A stretch of 63,714 bases of DNA from a virus (lineage: Duplodnaviria; Heunggongvirae; Uroviricota; Caudoviricetes), in the IMG/VR virus record IMGVR_UViG_3300038393_002131; one strand, 5' to 3'. Position numbers and translations under genes: made by a program. Numbering within the stretch: the stretch's first letter is position 1; every line of letters starts with the position of its first letter. Under the pieces are notes generated by a model. That model was given only the letters and a program-made list of their open reading frames with translations. It searched no databases and had not been told where the DNA came from. Positions 43,827 to 53,657 of this stretch are shown one piece after another.

Positions 43827-46800
43827 TCAGTAGGTGACGATGATCTGGACGCCGCCATTTCCTCCGGCGCCGCCAGCGCCCGAGGCTGTCCCGTTCACCG
43901 AGGCCCCGCCGCCGCCACCACCGCCGCCCGGCTGAGACCCGTTGCCGCCATTGCCCGCTGCGCCACCGCTGGACGCACCGCCGCCGCCACCGCCGTAGCC
44001 CTGCGTCGGGAGTGTGACCGCTGCACCGTTCGAGCCATTGGCGCCCGCCGCGCCCGCTCCGGTGTATGCGGGGTAGCCGGAGGCGGGGAATCCCCCGCCA
44101 CCGCCTGCGGCCGCGACGTTCGCAGCCGTCAGACCGCCACCGCCACCGCCCGCTCCACCAGTCGTGCCGATGGACCATGAGGCGAGGCCACCAGCGACGG
44201 ACCCGTTGGACCCGGCACCGCCCGTCGACCCGACGGTGGTGCCCGCCACGCCAGCTCCGGCCGTGCCTGCGGCTGCGGTGCCGCCCGCGCCGCCTGAGCC
44301 GCCGTTGGCGTTGACGATGGCGTTGGCCTGCAGGGAACCCGTGCCGACCCCGGACCAGCCGCCAGCAGTGCCAGCGTTGCCAGACGTGGCGTCAGCCGTG
44401 ACGGCGGCACCGCCGGCACCGCCGGCGCCGACAGTGACGGTGAGCGAGGTGCCGGCGTAGGTCGGGCCATCGAGGATGATCTCGCTCCTAGATCCAGCGG
44501 CGCCGCCGCCGCCGCCATAGCGAGTGGTTCCATCCGCGTCCCGACGACCCGAGCCGCCACCGCCGCCAGCGCCGATGCATGTGACACGAACGGTCTTGGC
44601 GGCCGGAGGGCACGTCCATGTCGAGGTGCCGACCGTGGTGAAGGTGAAGACGTTCTGACTGTTCAGGGGCGCATTGAGGTGCTTCCCGAGGGTGCCGTTG
44701 AAGTCGTTGTTGATCCAGACGCGAACCGAGCTGCCGGCCGGCCCTCGATAGCCGTAGTCGGTCGCGTTGTCGACGTAGCTGTTGCGGATCAGGTAGGTCG
44801 AGCTGTCGGCGGCGGCAACGAAAAGGCCGTACTGCATCAGCGTGTTCGTGCTCGTCACGACGAGGCCGTCGATCTCGACGTTGGTTCCCTGCAGGAGGTA
44901 GAAGCCATAGATGTTGTTCGCCAGGCCGGCCCCCGCCGGGTCCTTGATCCGCACGCCGCGGAAGCTGATCCGGTCCTGCGCCGAGCCGGTCGTGGAGGTC
45001 AGCCGCACGCCGAGCCGGCCACAGGTGTCCGCGAGCCAGTTGCTCGCGAGGATGTTCTTGCAGTCCAGCATGGTGAAGGCGTCCGTGGTGCTGTTGTACG
45101 CCGTGAGGTTCGCGAAGACGCCGCCCTGGACGCTGGCGAAGTAGAACCCGCGCAGGCAATTGCTCGCGGTGTTGCCCGAGACCGTGACGCCGCGGAACTT
45201 CTTCGCCGCGGAGAGGTCGGTCGCGGTGTTGATCAGCACGATGCCGGTGTCGCCGGCGCTCTCGCAGACGTTGCCGGTGATCGTCATGCCGACGCTGTCG
45301 GCCGTCGAGGAGACCGAGAGCTGGACCTTGATCGCGTTGTAGAAGCAGGTCCGCACCACGTTGCTGTTGATGACGACGTTGGTGCCGTTCTGGATGTAGA
45401 TCCCGTGCTGACCGGGCACGTCGTGAATCAGGTTGTCGACGATGGACATCCGCCCGACAGTCAGGCCGGAGGTGACGCCGAGGCAGACCGCGGAGATGTC
45501 GTTGTCGCGGATGACCGTCTCGACGGCCCCGTTATCGATGAGGATGCCCGAGCACGAGCCGCCATCGCCGTTGGTGATCGTCGGGGTGCCGACGCCGACG
45601 ATGGTGCAGCCGGCGATGACGAGGCCCTGGGTGTTCCGACCACGAACCGCAGCGCCCGAGAAGTTCTGCAGGGTGACGTTGCGGATCTGGACGCCGGTCG
45701 TGAACCCGCCGGTCGTGATCCCGACGTCGATGCCGATGGCGACCGGGGAGCCGCCGGCGACATAGTCGGTGCCCTTCCCGATGAAGGTGCCGCCCTGCAG
45801 CGTGCAGCCGGCATTGAGCTTGAGCGTCGTCTTGCTCGTCCCGGTCTGGGTGATCGTCGCGGAGGAGGCGTCCACGTAGGTGTTCGCGGGGGCCGTGAGC
45901 AGGTCCGACACGGTGATCGGGCCGACGAGCTTCTTGACGCCGAGCGGGGACGACTGCGCCAGGTAGTTGTTGACCGCCGTGGTCTGGTCGGTCGTCCCAG
46001 TGCCGTAATAGATCTCCTGCTTGAACTTCGCACCCGAGGCGTACGTGCCGATGGCACGCTGCGCGGCGGTCCAGCCGGTCACGTCCGCGTCGACCTGCCA
46101 CTCAACCACGCCGTTCGCCTGGACCGCTGCGGCGCCGGACACCCTGCGCCAGTCGCCGCCGAGCCGGACGTTCGTCGAGTCGACGCCGGTCGCCTGCTTC
46201 ACGACGAGCACGCCGGACGTCGGGCTCTTCAGCTTCATGTCGATGTCGGAGTCGGTCAGGTTCCAGATGTTGAGGCAGTGCGACCCGGACTGTCCGACCC
46301 GGCCGCGCAGGCGCAGGTTCGTGACGAGCGCCGTCGCGCCGATGTTCGGCGGCGTGGCACCCCTCGAGGTCGGGGCGTCGATGTAGAGGTCGACGCTGTC
46401 GCAGTCGTCGATGGAGAACGCCTGGGCCGTCGAGGTGGCGGCCTGCGTGATGGAGATCTTGTCCACCGTGAGGTCGACGACGCCGCTGATCGGGACGTCG
46501 CAGCCGCCGTTGGACCCGGTCTTGACGACGTTGACCTGGCCGACCTTCACGCGGTTGATCTGGCGGACCCCGCCGACGGTGTAGGCGCCGAGGACCGTGA
46601 AGCCGCCGGTGCTGGCGCTGGTGGTCTGCACCTTGCCGACCTGCACGTCCGAGACGGTCTGGCCGGAGTTGGGCTCGATGTCGAACCCGCCCGGCATGGT
46701 CGAGTGACCAGTGCCGTAGTTGACGACTGACTCGATCTTGATGTTGGCGCCGGAGACGATGGAGCAGGTGTTGCGGCCGGTGGCGGCATCCGAGCGGGAC

Positions 46801-47828
46801 TTGACCGTGCCGATGGTCAGGCGAGCCGTGGCCCCGGTGACGTAGAGCGCATCGCCGGCCGGGTTGATCGAGTCGACTTGGCCGATCTCGACGTCGGTGG
46901 AGCCGTCCACCCGCAGGCAGTGCTTCGCCTCGTCGACCGGCAGGCCCGAGTAGTTGTTGTTCGCCACGTTGCCGTCGGAGTTGAAGCGGCTGATCTTCAC
47001 GTCCGAGCTGTTGTAGACGATGAGGGTGGAGGCCCGCGCCGAGGCGGCCTTGCGCTTGAGGCGGCCGACCATGTCGAGCCGGAACCCGGTGCGCCCGTTG
47101 ATGGCCAGGACGCCCGCCTCGACGAGGAAGGTGCCCTTCGGGATGATGACGTGGTCGTTCGCCGCGATGCAGTCCTGGATGGCGGTCGTGTCGTCCGTGA
47201 CGCCGTCGCCGACCGCGCCGTAGTCCTTCACGTTCGCGGCGAGGTCGGCCCGGTTGACCTTGTCGGCGAGGGCTGGGACGGTCGGAGCGGTGGCCGTCCC
47301 CCCGAGGTCACCGGTCAGCTGGATGACGCCCTTGATGGTGCTCGAGGCATCAAGTGCCCCAGCGCCGTGGAGGCTGGTGATCCACTCGCTCTCCGTGCCG
47401 ACGAACCCCTCGGAGACTGCGAGCTCGTACGCGGACTGACCGCGCGTGATCGCCAGACCGGCAGCCGAGCTCACCGGGACGATCGAGGACAGGTCACGGG
47501 TGCTGTTCTGCGGCGCGTCGATGCTGTAGGTGCGACCGCCCGGGAAGTCCTCGACGACGGTGTACGTCCACCCGGTCGGGTTGGTGTCCGGGTCGTCGGT
47601 GGCCGGCACGATGAAGTCCAGCTCGCCGTTCTCATCGAGCGGGATCGTGATGGTGGAGCCGATGATGATCTTCTTCGACGCACCCGCGATGATCGCGACC
47701 GCGGTCGGGGTCAGACTGATCTGGCCGACCACAGGATTCCCGAGCACGTCAAGGTAGCCACCTGTGATGCGGGCCCCCTGGTATTCGGTGGGCCACTCGG
47801 GTGCTGTCGGGTTCGGCTGGATCGTCAC
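43827..47828 (-). CDS. Tail fibre / tailspike with two pectin-lyase-like beta-helix regions and Gly-rich C-terminus (putative depolymerase)
   Basis: N-term IVPATDDPDTNPTGWTYTVVE; GQSAYELAVSEGFVGTESEWITSL; ANVKDYGAVGDGVTDDTTAIQ; repeated I.DN.I/V..N motifs; C-term TVRVTCIGAGGGGG. Confidence 0.8.
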   Translation of the reverse strand: MTIQPNPTAPEWPTEYQGARITGGYLDVLGNPVVGQISLTPTAVAIIAGASKKIIIGSTITIPLDENGELDFIVPATDDPDTNPTGWTYTVVEDFPGGRTYSIDAPQNSTRDLSSIVPVSSAAGLAITRGQSAYELAVSEGFVGTESEWITSLHGAGALDASSTIKGVIQLTGDLGGTATAPTVPALADKVNRADLAANVKDYGAVGDGVTDDTTAIQDCIAANDHVIIPKGTFLVEAGVLAINGRTGFRLDMVGRLKRKAASARASTLIVYNSSDVKISRFNSDGNVANNNYSGLPVDEAKHCLRVDGSTDVEIGQVDSINPAGDALYVTGATARLTIGTVKSRSDAATGRNTCSIVSGANIKIESVVNYGTGHSTMPGGFDIEPNSGQTVSDVQVGKVQTTSASTGGFTVLGAYTVGGVRQINRVKVGQVNVVKTGSNGGCDVPISGVVDLTVDKISITQAATSTAQAFSIDDCDSVDLYIDAPTSRGATPPNIGATALVTNLRLRGRVGQSGSHCLNIWNLTDSDIDMKLKSPTSGVLVVKQATGVDSTNVRLGGDWRRVSGAAAVQANGVVEWQVDADVTGWTAAQRAIGTYASGAKFKQEIYYGTGTTDQTTAVNNYLAQSSPLGVKKLVGPITVSDLLTAPANTYVDASSATITQTGTSKTTLKLNAGCTLQGGTFIGKGTDYVAGGSPVAIGIDVGITTGGFTTGVQIRNVTLQNFSGAAVRGRNTQGLVIAGCTIVGVGTPTITNGDGGSCSGILIDNGAVETVIRDNDISAVCLGVTSGLTVGRMSIVDNLIHDVPGQHGIYIQNGTNVVINSNVVRTCFYNAIKVQLSVSSTADSVGMTITGNVCESAGDTGIVLINTATDLSAAKKFRGVTVSGNTASNCLRGFYFASVQGGVFANLTAYNSTTDAFTMLDCKNILASNWLADTCGRLGVRLTSTTGSAQDRISFRGVRIKDPAGAGLANNIYGFYLLQGTNVEIDGLVVTSTNTLMQYGLFVAAADSSTYLIRNSYVDNATDYGYRGPAGSSVRVWINNDFNGTLGKHLNAPLNSQNVFTFTTVGTSTWTCPPAAKTVRVTCIGAGGGGGSGRRDADGTTRYGGGGGAAGSRSEIILDGPTYAGTSLTVTVGAGGAGGAAVTADATSGNAGTAGGWSGVGTGSLQANAIVNANGGSGGAGGTAAAGTAGAGVAGTTVGSTGGAGSNGSVAGGLASWSIGTTGGAGGGGGGLTAANVAAAGGGGGFPASGYPAYTGAGAAGANGSNGAAVTLPTQGYGGGGGGASSGGAAGNGGNGSQPGGGGGGGGASVNGTASGAGGAGGNGGVQIIVTY

Positions 47829-47865
47829 GGCGCGGATGATGCGTTACCCGGGCCCTAGTGTCGCC
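47829..47865 (-). promoter_or_regulatory. Putative late promoter, leaderless (tail fibre)
   Basis: GGCGACACTAG-N13-CATCAT-N7-GTG47828. Confidence 0.65.
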
Positions 47866-47966
47866 TCCTGCTGGCAGTATCAGGCCATGGACGATGAGAC
47901 GACGGTGTTCTCCCTGATCCTCGACGCGATCCGCGAACAGCCCCGCGACGAGGAGGAACGCCAGCC

Positions 47967-48431
47967 ATGACCGACCAGGCCCCGAGCAACCCGTATCAGG
48001 CGGCCGTATGGCTGCGCCAGCGGCACCCGTGGCTCGACGAGCTCGTGACGCGCGTCTGCGGGCCCGACGCTGAGACCGGGCGAGGCTCAGAGTGGGTGGA
48101 GGCGATCACGGCCGGCTTCAACGACATCGACGACACGAACGACCGGTGGGCCGACTACGAGCGGCGCAACCCGGCTCCGCGCGACGACGACGCGTTCTAC
48201 CGCTGGCAGGACAACGGGCCGCAGTACGCCACCGACGCAGCGAAGGCCATGGCGCCCATGTCCTCCGGTGAGCGGCGGGTGCTGCGGCTCATCACGACGC
48301 TGAACCACTCCGGGCAGCGGTGCAAGCAAGGCTGGCTCGTCGACGACGTCGACTTCGACGACCGCGGCGCGGCGATCGTCGAGGACTGGATCTCCGTCGT
48401 CCGCGCCCAGCTGACCGCTCTGCAACACTGA
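47967..48431 (+). CDS. Hypothetical protein
   Basis: GAGGA SD; 154 aa; followed by two hairpins. Confidence 0.7.
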   Translation: MTDQAPSNPYQAAVWLRQRHPWLDELVTRVCGPDAETGRGSEWVEAITAGFNDIDDTNDRWADYERRNPAPRDDDAFYRWQDNGPQYATDAAKAMAPMSSGERRVLRLITTLNHSGQRCKQGWLVDDVDFDDRGAAIVEDWISVVRAQLTALQH

Positions 48432-48455
48432 TCCCCGGGAGGCCCCACCTCCCTC

Positions 48456-48546
48456 GAGAGCCCCCGCCAACGACCGGCGGGGGCTCTCCTGCGTCCCGGG
48501 CAGCCGAAAGCCCCGGCCGAAGGAGCCATCCAAGACCGGGGCTTTC
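48456..48546. terminator. Two tandem hairpins between convergent genes
   Basis: GAGAGCCCCCGCC/GGCGGGGGCTCTC (48456-48488) and GAAAGCCCCGG/CCGGGGCTTTC (48506-48546). Confidence 0.7.
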
Positions 48547-48666
48547 GTGCACGGTCACTCGCCCCTCCACGAGCTTGCGACCGGCGGAACATCACGCAGG
48601 GAACTGCGTGTCACCACCCGGTACAACGAACGACCGGCCCAGGTGTGTCACTCCCCCGCGACTTTC

Positions 48667-48990
48667 TCAGCCGAAGATCTCGTCGGCGAGGTCCTCGATG
48701 AAGTCACCGACGCCCTCAGCGACGGAGCGGCGGCCACGGCGCCGGTTCTTACGCCGGTCCTGCCGGGCCTCGAACGAGTCGCTCTTGTGGCGGCCGTGGT
48801 GACTCCACACGCGCGGATCGGAGTAGTCCGGCCACCATGTGCAGCGGGTCCGGTCAGCGTGCCGCGGCTGCGCCTTGTCGGGCAGGTCGCACGGCTTGCC
48901 GTCCCGATGGCACTGGTGGAACGGCTCCTGGCTGATCTCGCCGGCGCGGGCCCGCGCCCACCACGGCTTCGTCTTGACGGTGCCACTCAT
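48667..48990 (-). CDS. Hypothetical basic protein with Cys/His cluster
   Basis: MSGTVKTKPWW..HQCH..PCDLP..RCTW..RKNRRRGR; ATGA overlap. Confidence 0.65.
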   Translation of the reverse strand: MSGTVKTKPWWARARAGEISQEPFHQCHRDGKPCDLPDKAQPRHADRTRCTWWPDYSDPRVWSHHGRHKSDSFEARQDRRKNRRRGRRSVAEGVGDFIEDLADEIFG

Positions 48991-49337
48991 CCCTTGCGAC
49001 CTCCGAAGTAGGGGACCGCGAGCTTGTTCTCGAGCAGTGACTCCGCGACCGACTTGGTGCCGTCGTCGACGAGCAGCTCGGCGAGCCAGCGGCCGTACTT
49101 GTCCGGCGCCTTGAGGGTGCGGGCCAGCACGCGGCAGCCGGGCGGGGCGACAGACTCTGCGCACTCCCACGCTTCGTCGTGGTTGGGCTGCCCGCGCTCC
49201 GGGGTGTCCACGCCGTAGAGCCGGAACCGGCCCTGCATCTGCATGTGGAACCCGACGTCGACGCGCAGGTCGACGGTGTCGCCGTCGACCCAGCGGACCA
49301 CCTCGGCGGCGTAGACGTAGGGCGGCTCGGCGGTCAC
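48987..49337 (-). CDS. Thermonuclease (SNase-like)
   Basis: VVRWVDGDTV, RFRLYGVDTPE, DKYGRWLA motifs. Confidence 0.9.
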   Translation of the reverse strand: MTAEPPYVYAAEVVRWVDGDTVDLRVDVGFHMQMQGRFRLYGVDTPERGQPNHDEAWECAESVAPPGCRVLARTLKAPDKYGRWLAELLVDDGTKSVAESLLENKLAVPYFGGRKG

Positions 49338-49696
49338 CACTTCACCGCCGTGAACAGCCACAGCAGCAGCCCGAGCCAGAGGCCGACGCCGACACAGATG
49401 CCGAGCTCCTTGACCTCCCACCGCTCGAACATGAAGTGCGCGGCCGCCCACACACCGAGCCCGTTCATGCCCATCGAGGCGAGCCACCAACGCAGCGACC
49501 ACCGGTCGCCGTAGGCCCACCACACGAGGTGCGACAGGGGCCCGCCGTGCTTGGACGTGGCGACGGTCCAGATCTCCCAGCCCAGCAGCGGGATCAGGAG
49601 CAGCCAGGGCGTCGACCACTTCGACGGGCGGTAGTTCTCTGGCACGGGCACGGTCGGCACCCGGTACGGCGACGTCGGCCGCTGCGGCTCGGTCAT
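49334..49696 (-). CDS. Three-TM membrane protein (possible holin)
   Basis: Three hydrophobic, Trp-rich segments; lies under a putative late promoter. Confidence 0.6.
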   Translation of the reverse strand: MTEPQRPTSPYRVPTVPVPENYRPSKWSTPWLLLIPLLGWEIWTVATSKHGGPLSHLVWWAYGDRWSLRWWLASMGMNGLGVWAAAHFMFERWEVKELGICVGVGLWLGLLLWLFTAVKW

Positions 49697-50064
49697 CGGG
49701 TGGAGGCCTTGAGCAGCTCATCGGCGGCCTCGGCCTTGGCCTGCCGTGCCGCGGTGAGGTTCTTCTGCGCGTCCGCGAGGATTCTCTGCGCCTCGCGGAG
49801 CCCGGCGCGGGCGGCCTCCTCGGCGCTGGCGGCCTTGCGGTGCGCCTTCGCGGCCTGCTTGAGGGTGAGCGGCGCCCTGACTGCATTGGCCTTGATCGTC
49901 ATGTCTAGAGGCAGGAGGTGGTGGCCGGCGCCGGTGATGACGAGACGGCCCGTGTTGACCGCGCGGCCGGCCGCGGCGAGCGTGGCGGTCTTGATGTCCT
50001 CGGGGTCCCAGACGAGGTCGGCGATCGCGGAATGGGCAGGGACGGGGGTGGCGGGGGTGGTCAT
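49693..50064 (-). CDS. Hypothetical protein with C-terminal coiled coil
   Basis: Ala/Lys-rich helical C-term; preceded by the late motif. Confidence 0.7.
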   Translation of the reverse strand: MTTPATPVPAHSAIADLVWDPEDIKTATLAAAGRAVNTGRLVITGAGHHLLPLDMTIKANAVRAPLTLKQAAKAHRKAASAEEAARAGLREAQRILADAQKNLTAARQAKAEAADELLKASTR

Positions 50065-50102
50065 GGCGCGGATGGTGGGGGCCGAGGCGACGTAGCGTCG
50101 CG
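50065..50102 (-). promoter_or_regulatory. Putative late promoter, leaderless
   Basis: CGCGACGCTAC-N14-CACCAT-N7-ATG50064. Confidence 0.6.
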
Positions 50103-50108
50103 TCCTCA

Positions 50109-50297
50109 GTGCCGCGGCGCCGGGAGGTGGTCGGTGCGGTAGAACCCGGACCCCTTGAACGCGATGCCGGCCGGCTGGATGACGCGGCGCGCGGGGCCGC
50201 CGCAGTCGGGGCAGGCCCTCTCGGGGTCGGCGTGGATCGAGTGACGCACGTCACGGCGGGAGTCGCAGGAGTCGCAGGCGTAGGTGTAGATCGGCAT
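50109..50297 (-). CDS. FmdB-family zinc-ribbon protein
   Basis: MPIYTYACDSC...CPDCGG..RRVI..GIAFKGSGFYRTD. Confidence 0.9.
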
Positions 50298-50737
50298 GCG
50301 GGGCAAGGTGCCCACTCGAGGGGCGTTGCGTCTCGCCCTGGTGGCGCTGGACCGGCCGCGGGCCGCCCTTCCCCAAGGGCGGTGCGTCCCCGCGTTCCAG
50401 CCGGTCCAGCGCACTGACGACCCGCGCTGGGATGGGGTGTCGACCTCGCGCGTGCCGGGCCGGCCGATTCATGGCCGGGTGCTTTCCGGGTGAAGATGCA
50501 CCTACGGCCCGCCTACCGTCCAGTGGTAGGCGGGCCGTGCAGGGGTGGTGCATGTGTCGTGCGAGGACGCTGTCTCGCGGTACTGCGATGGTGCGGTGTT
50601 ACGTGTCCCCCGAGGACGCTTTCCCGGGCCCGAGGGCCCCCGTCTCGAAGCTCTCACCCGGTAGAACGCGGGTCGATCGAATGTGTGTCACGTCCAGTTT
50701 CAGGAAACCGTCAGGGTTGGGTAAAGAGACGGTAAAA

Positions 50738-50965
50738 TCACGCGGGTTCCGGTTCGGGAGCAGCCGACGGGCGGCCGCAGTACGAGCACTCCGCGCCCTC
50801 CTCGGACGGGACGAACACGCACGGCTCGTCATGGTTCGACGGGTCCGGGCACGGCGGCACCGGGCAGGCCAGCGTGAGCTCGTCGACGACCGTGTTGTCG
50901 ACGAGGACGCCGCAGTCCACGCACTCGTGGTTGGCGTCGTCAGGGAGGGTGAAGTCGTGCCACAT
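50738..50965 (-). CDS. Small Cys-rich Zn-binding protein
   Basis: CVDC, CP..CP..H..C, CSYC. Confidence 0.6.
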   Translation of the reverse strand: MWHDFTLPDDANHECVDCGVLVDNTVVDELTLACPVPPCPDPSNHDEPCVFVPSEEGAECSYCGRPSAAPEPEPA

Positions 50966-51029
50966 GGGCGGGAGGATCAGCGCCCGGGGCGGCTACCGTC
51001 GCCCCGTGGACACTGACCCTCCCGAGGGT

Positions 51030-51194
51030 CTACGCGGGGCCTCTGCGGTCCCACGCGTCGACGATGACGCCGACGACGGTGAACAGGACGCCGGCCGCGA
51101 ACATCGTCCCCTTCCACGGGCTCGTGTCCGACACGAGGAACACCGTGAACAGCATCAGGGCGAACCCGCCGATGGCGAGCATCTCGCCGTCCAT
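51030..51194 (-). CDS. Small two-TM protein (54 aa; not in ORF track)
   Basis: TGATG overlap with upstream stop; MDGEMLAIGGFALMLFTVFLV..MFAAGVLFTVVGVIVDAW; TAG at 51030-51032. Confidence 0.65.
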   Translation of the reverse strand: MDGEMLAIGGFALMLFTVFLVSDTSPWKGTMFAAGVLFTVVGVIVDAWDRRGPA

Positions 51195-51676
51195 CAGCCG
51201 ACCTCGGCGAGGTGCGCGGGCCGGCTCGGATTCACCAGCGGCTCGGGGCCGGGCGCGTAGACGATAGGGCCGACCTCGCTCGAGTGCCGCGCGTACGCCA
51301 TGACGGCGGCCCGGTGGGCACGCTGCGCCTCCTTGGAGGCCTCCCCCAGGTCGGCGACGTGCTTCATCAGCAGCCCGAGCTCATCGTCGTCGAGCCGGTC
51401 CGAGCCGCCGATGCTGGCCTTGTGCTTGATCCGCTCGAGACGCTCCTCGAGCGTCTCCCCCTCGACGGCCTTGGTGACCTTGGCCGCCTTGGACGACAGC
51501 CACGCGTCGATGATGCCCAGCACGAGGCAGGCGACACCGGTCAGCGCGCCGTAGTAGGCGGCGGTCCACCAGCGGCCGTGCTCGGTGAGGGTGGCGGCCG
51601 CGCCGGGCAGCCACAACGCGAGGATGAGGGCGTACAGGACGCCGATGAACAGGGCTTGACGCAGCAGCTTCAACAC
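51194..51676 (-). CDS. Membrane protein (2 TM + helical tail)
   Basis: GGAGG SD; two N-terminal TMs. Confidence 0.7.
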   Translation of the reverse strand: MLKLLRQALFIGVLYALILALWLPGAAATLTEHGRWWTAAYYGALTGVACLVLGIIDAWLSSKAAKVTKAVEGETLEERLERIKHKASIGGSDRLDDDELGLLMKHVADLGEASKEAQRAHRAAVMAYARHSSEVGPIVYAPGPEPLVNPSRPAHLAEVG

Positions 51677-51737
51677 GGGTGGGGTCCTCCGGTTCAGGTG
51701 TCAGGGCCCGGACGCTTGTCGGGCCTACCCGTCGATG

Positions 51738-52028
51738 CTACGCGGTCGCCTGCGCGTCTGGCTCGCCCTCGCCGAACGGCAGGACCGGCGCCGCGGCGAT
51801 CGTGGCCGCCCGCTCCCGCTTGGCGTCCTCGTCGAACCAGTTGCGCAGCTGCCAGCGGCGCGACAGCGGCAGCCGGTCCCACCACCGGTCCGGCACGGCC
51901 TGCACGGACTCGATGTCGCCGAGGGCGCACCGGGCGAGGTAGGCCGACACGGACTGGCCGTGGGCCTTCGCTCGGCGCTCGATCTCGACCTTCTGCTCCG
52001 GGGTGACGTACGCCTGGACGCGGCTCAC
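51738..52028 (-). CDS. Ribbon-helix-helix (MobC/CopG-like) DNA-binding protein
   Basis: RVQAYVTPEQKVEIERRAKAHGQSVSAYLARCAL. Confidence 0.75.
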   Translation of the reverse strand: MSRVQAYVTPEQKVEIERRAKAHGQSVSAYLARCALGDIESVQAVPDRWWDRLPLSRRWQLRNWFDEDAKRERAATIAAAPVLPFGEGEPDAQATA

Positions 52029-52273
52029 GCGTGCACCCCCATCGGTCGGTCGATGTAGCGGACGATCGGCTCGGCGGACTGCGCGCTCATGACGTTGATG
52101 ACGAACTCCGGCGGGTGGTTCGCGGCGTTGTGCAGCGACGCCTCGACGTCGAGGTGGGCAAGCGACACCTGCGCGGGCAGGTCCCGCACGATGATGTCGC
52201 CGCAGTCGACGCACGCGAGCTCGAGCCCGCGCCCGCCCGAGGCGACCTGCACCCGGAACCGGTCCCCCATCAT
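52025..52273 (-). CDS. Small Zn-binding hypothetical protein
   Basis: CVDC..H...H; ATGA overlaps. Confidence 0.6.
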   Translation of the reverse strand: MMGDRFRVQVASGGRGLELACVDCGDIIVRDLPAQVSLAHLDVEASLHNAANHPPEFVINVMSAQSAEPIVRYIDRPMGVHA

Positions 52274-52755
52274 GCGGCCGCCTCGTCCGTGTCGGGCATG
52301 ACGATGATCGACGCGCCGGGCCCGTGTGGGCCGTCGAGCTCGGCCCACCGTTTGCGCACGGCGACGAGGGTGATGAGCTTGTCGTCGACGTACACCTTGG
52401 CCTCGGTGAGGGCGTCGAACGTGGCGCGCTCGAGCTTGTCGATGTCGCCGAGGCCGTGCGAGGTGGGCTTGGCCGGCGCGGACGCCTTGAGCACGTTCGC
52501 GTTGCGGCCGGTGCCGTAGTGGCTCTTGGGGCGGGCGAACCGGAAGGTCAGGACGACCTTCACCGGCTCGTCGAGGGTGACCCAGCGGGCGCGGTTCGCG
52601 GCGAGCATCGCGGCCGCCTGCACCTTCTTCCGCCACGGCTTCACGGCCTTGGACGCCTCGACGACGATGACGCGGCCGCCGCGGCGGAAGGTGTCCTTGG
52701 AGCCCTGCGGGGCGGGCAGGCCCTCGACGTGGAAGGCGAGCACGGGGGTGGTCAT
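52270..52755 (-). CDS. rusA: RusA-family Holliday junction resolvase
   Basis: GLPAPQGSK, WRKKV, FRFARPKSH, GDIDKLERATFDAL, YVDDKLI. Confidence 0.88.
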   Translation of the reverse strand: MTTPVLAFHVEGLPAPQGSKDTFRRGGRVIVVEASKAVKPWRKKVQAAAMLAANRARWVTLDEPVKVVLTFRFARPKSHYGTGRNANVLKASAPAKPTSHGLGDIDKLERATFDALTEAKVYVDDKLITLVAVRKRWAELDGPHGPGASIIVMPDTDEAAA

Positions 52756-53657
52756 GCGGTCACCGCCACCAGCTGCGACGGGTCGAACGATGGGTCCGGC
52801 TGCGGCTTCGCGTAGAGGCCACGCATGCCCGCGCACGTCTCCTCGTCGGCCTTGGCCGCGTGCTTCCATACGAGGCCCCAGCGCGCCGAGACGGTCTTGG
52901 CGACGACGGGCAGGCTGCAGTGCTCGCACGGGATCTCGACGGTGGCCGCGGAGATCCCGGCCAGGCGCCTCCACTCGTCGCGCTGCTCCGTCATGGAGAC
53001 GACCTTGTTCTGCAGGTTGGACTCCGAGCGGCGCAGCCGGGTCACCTCGAGGCGCAGCGCCTCGACGTCGTCGTCGCCCATCCCGGCGACCCAGCCCTTC
53101 GACCGACCCTCGGCCCACGACGCCCGGTAGGCGGCCGTCAGCGCCAGCCAGTCGGGCACCTCGGGGTTGGTGTCGGTGTACGGGGCCCGCTTCTCCCACT
53201 TCACGACGGTCGACTGCTTGCCGCCCCAGCCCTCGAACGTGGAGACGTACAGCAGCCCGGACGCGGCTGGCACCTCGGACGGCTTCACCATCCCGGCCGG
53301 GACGGCGTACGCGTGCCGGTGGGTGAGCTCGCGCCACGGCGCCTGCTTGTGCGGGTTGGCGACGTCGGACAGGAAGTCACCGCGGGACACCTTGACCTCG
53401 ATCGCGAGCCGCTCGAGGCTGCCGAGGCCCTGCTTGCGGGGGGAGCGCATCATCAGCAGGTCGATGCGCCGGTCGCGGTTCTCCTCCCGCTGCCACGGCG
53501 GGATGTCACCCGGCTTCCAGTCGGCCATGGAGTACTGCGGACCGCGGACGGTGACCTCGGCGAGGCCCGCCCACGACTGGCTGGTGAAGTGCTGCCAGAT
53601 CGCGGACGTGACCTCGGGGCCGGTGAGCTTCTTGTCGACGACCTTGGGGCCGCTCAT
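52752..53657 (-). CDS. MmcB-like PD-(D/E)XK nuclease with coiled coil and C-terminal Cys/His cluster
   Basis: EVT..RRIDLL..AIEVKVSRGDFLSD...K..W...YAVPAGMVKPSEVP..GLLYV. Confidence 0.75.
   Translation of the reverse strand: MSGPKVVDKKLTGPEVTSAIWQHFTSQSWAGLAEVTVRGPQYSMADWKPGDIPPWQREENRDRRIDLLMMRSPRKQGLGSLERLAIEVKVSRGDFLSDVANPHKQAPWRELTHRHAYAVPAGMVKPSEVPAASGLLYVSTFEGWGGKQSTVVKWEKRAPYTDTNPEVPDWLALTAAYRASWAEGRSKGWVAGMGDDDVEALRLEVTRLRRSESNLQNKVVSMTEQRDEWRRLAGISAATVEIPCEHCSLPVVAKTVSARWGLVWKHAAKADEETCAGMRGLYAKPQPDPSFDPSQLVAVTA

Noticed and set aside
47887-47970. 27-codon ORF MDDETTVFSL... overlapping the 47967 start
   Set aside because: Too short to support; no recognisable SD or motif.
49334-49696. 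Firm holin assignment
   Set aside because: Only hydrophobicity and promoter context support it; kept as a hypothesis.
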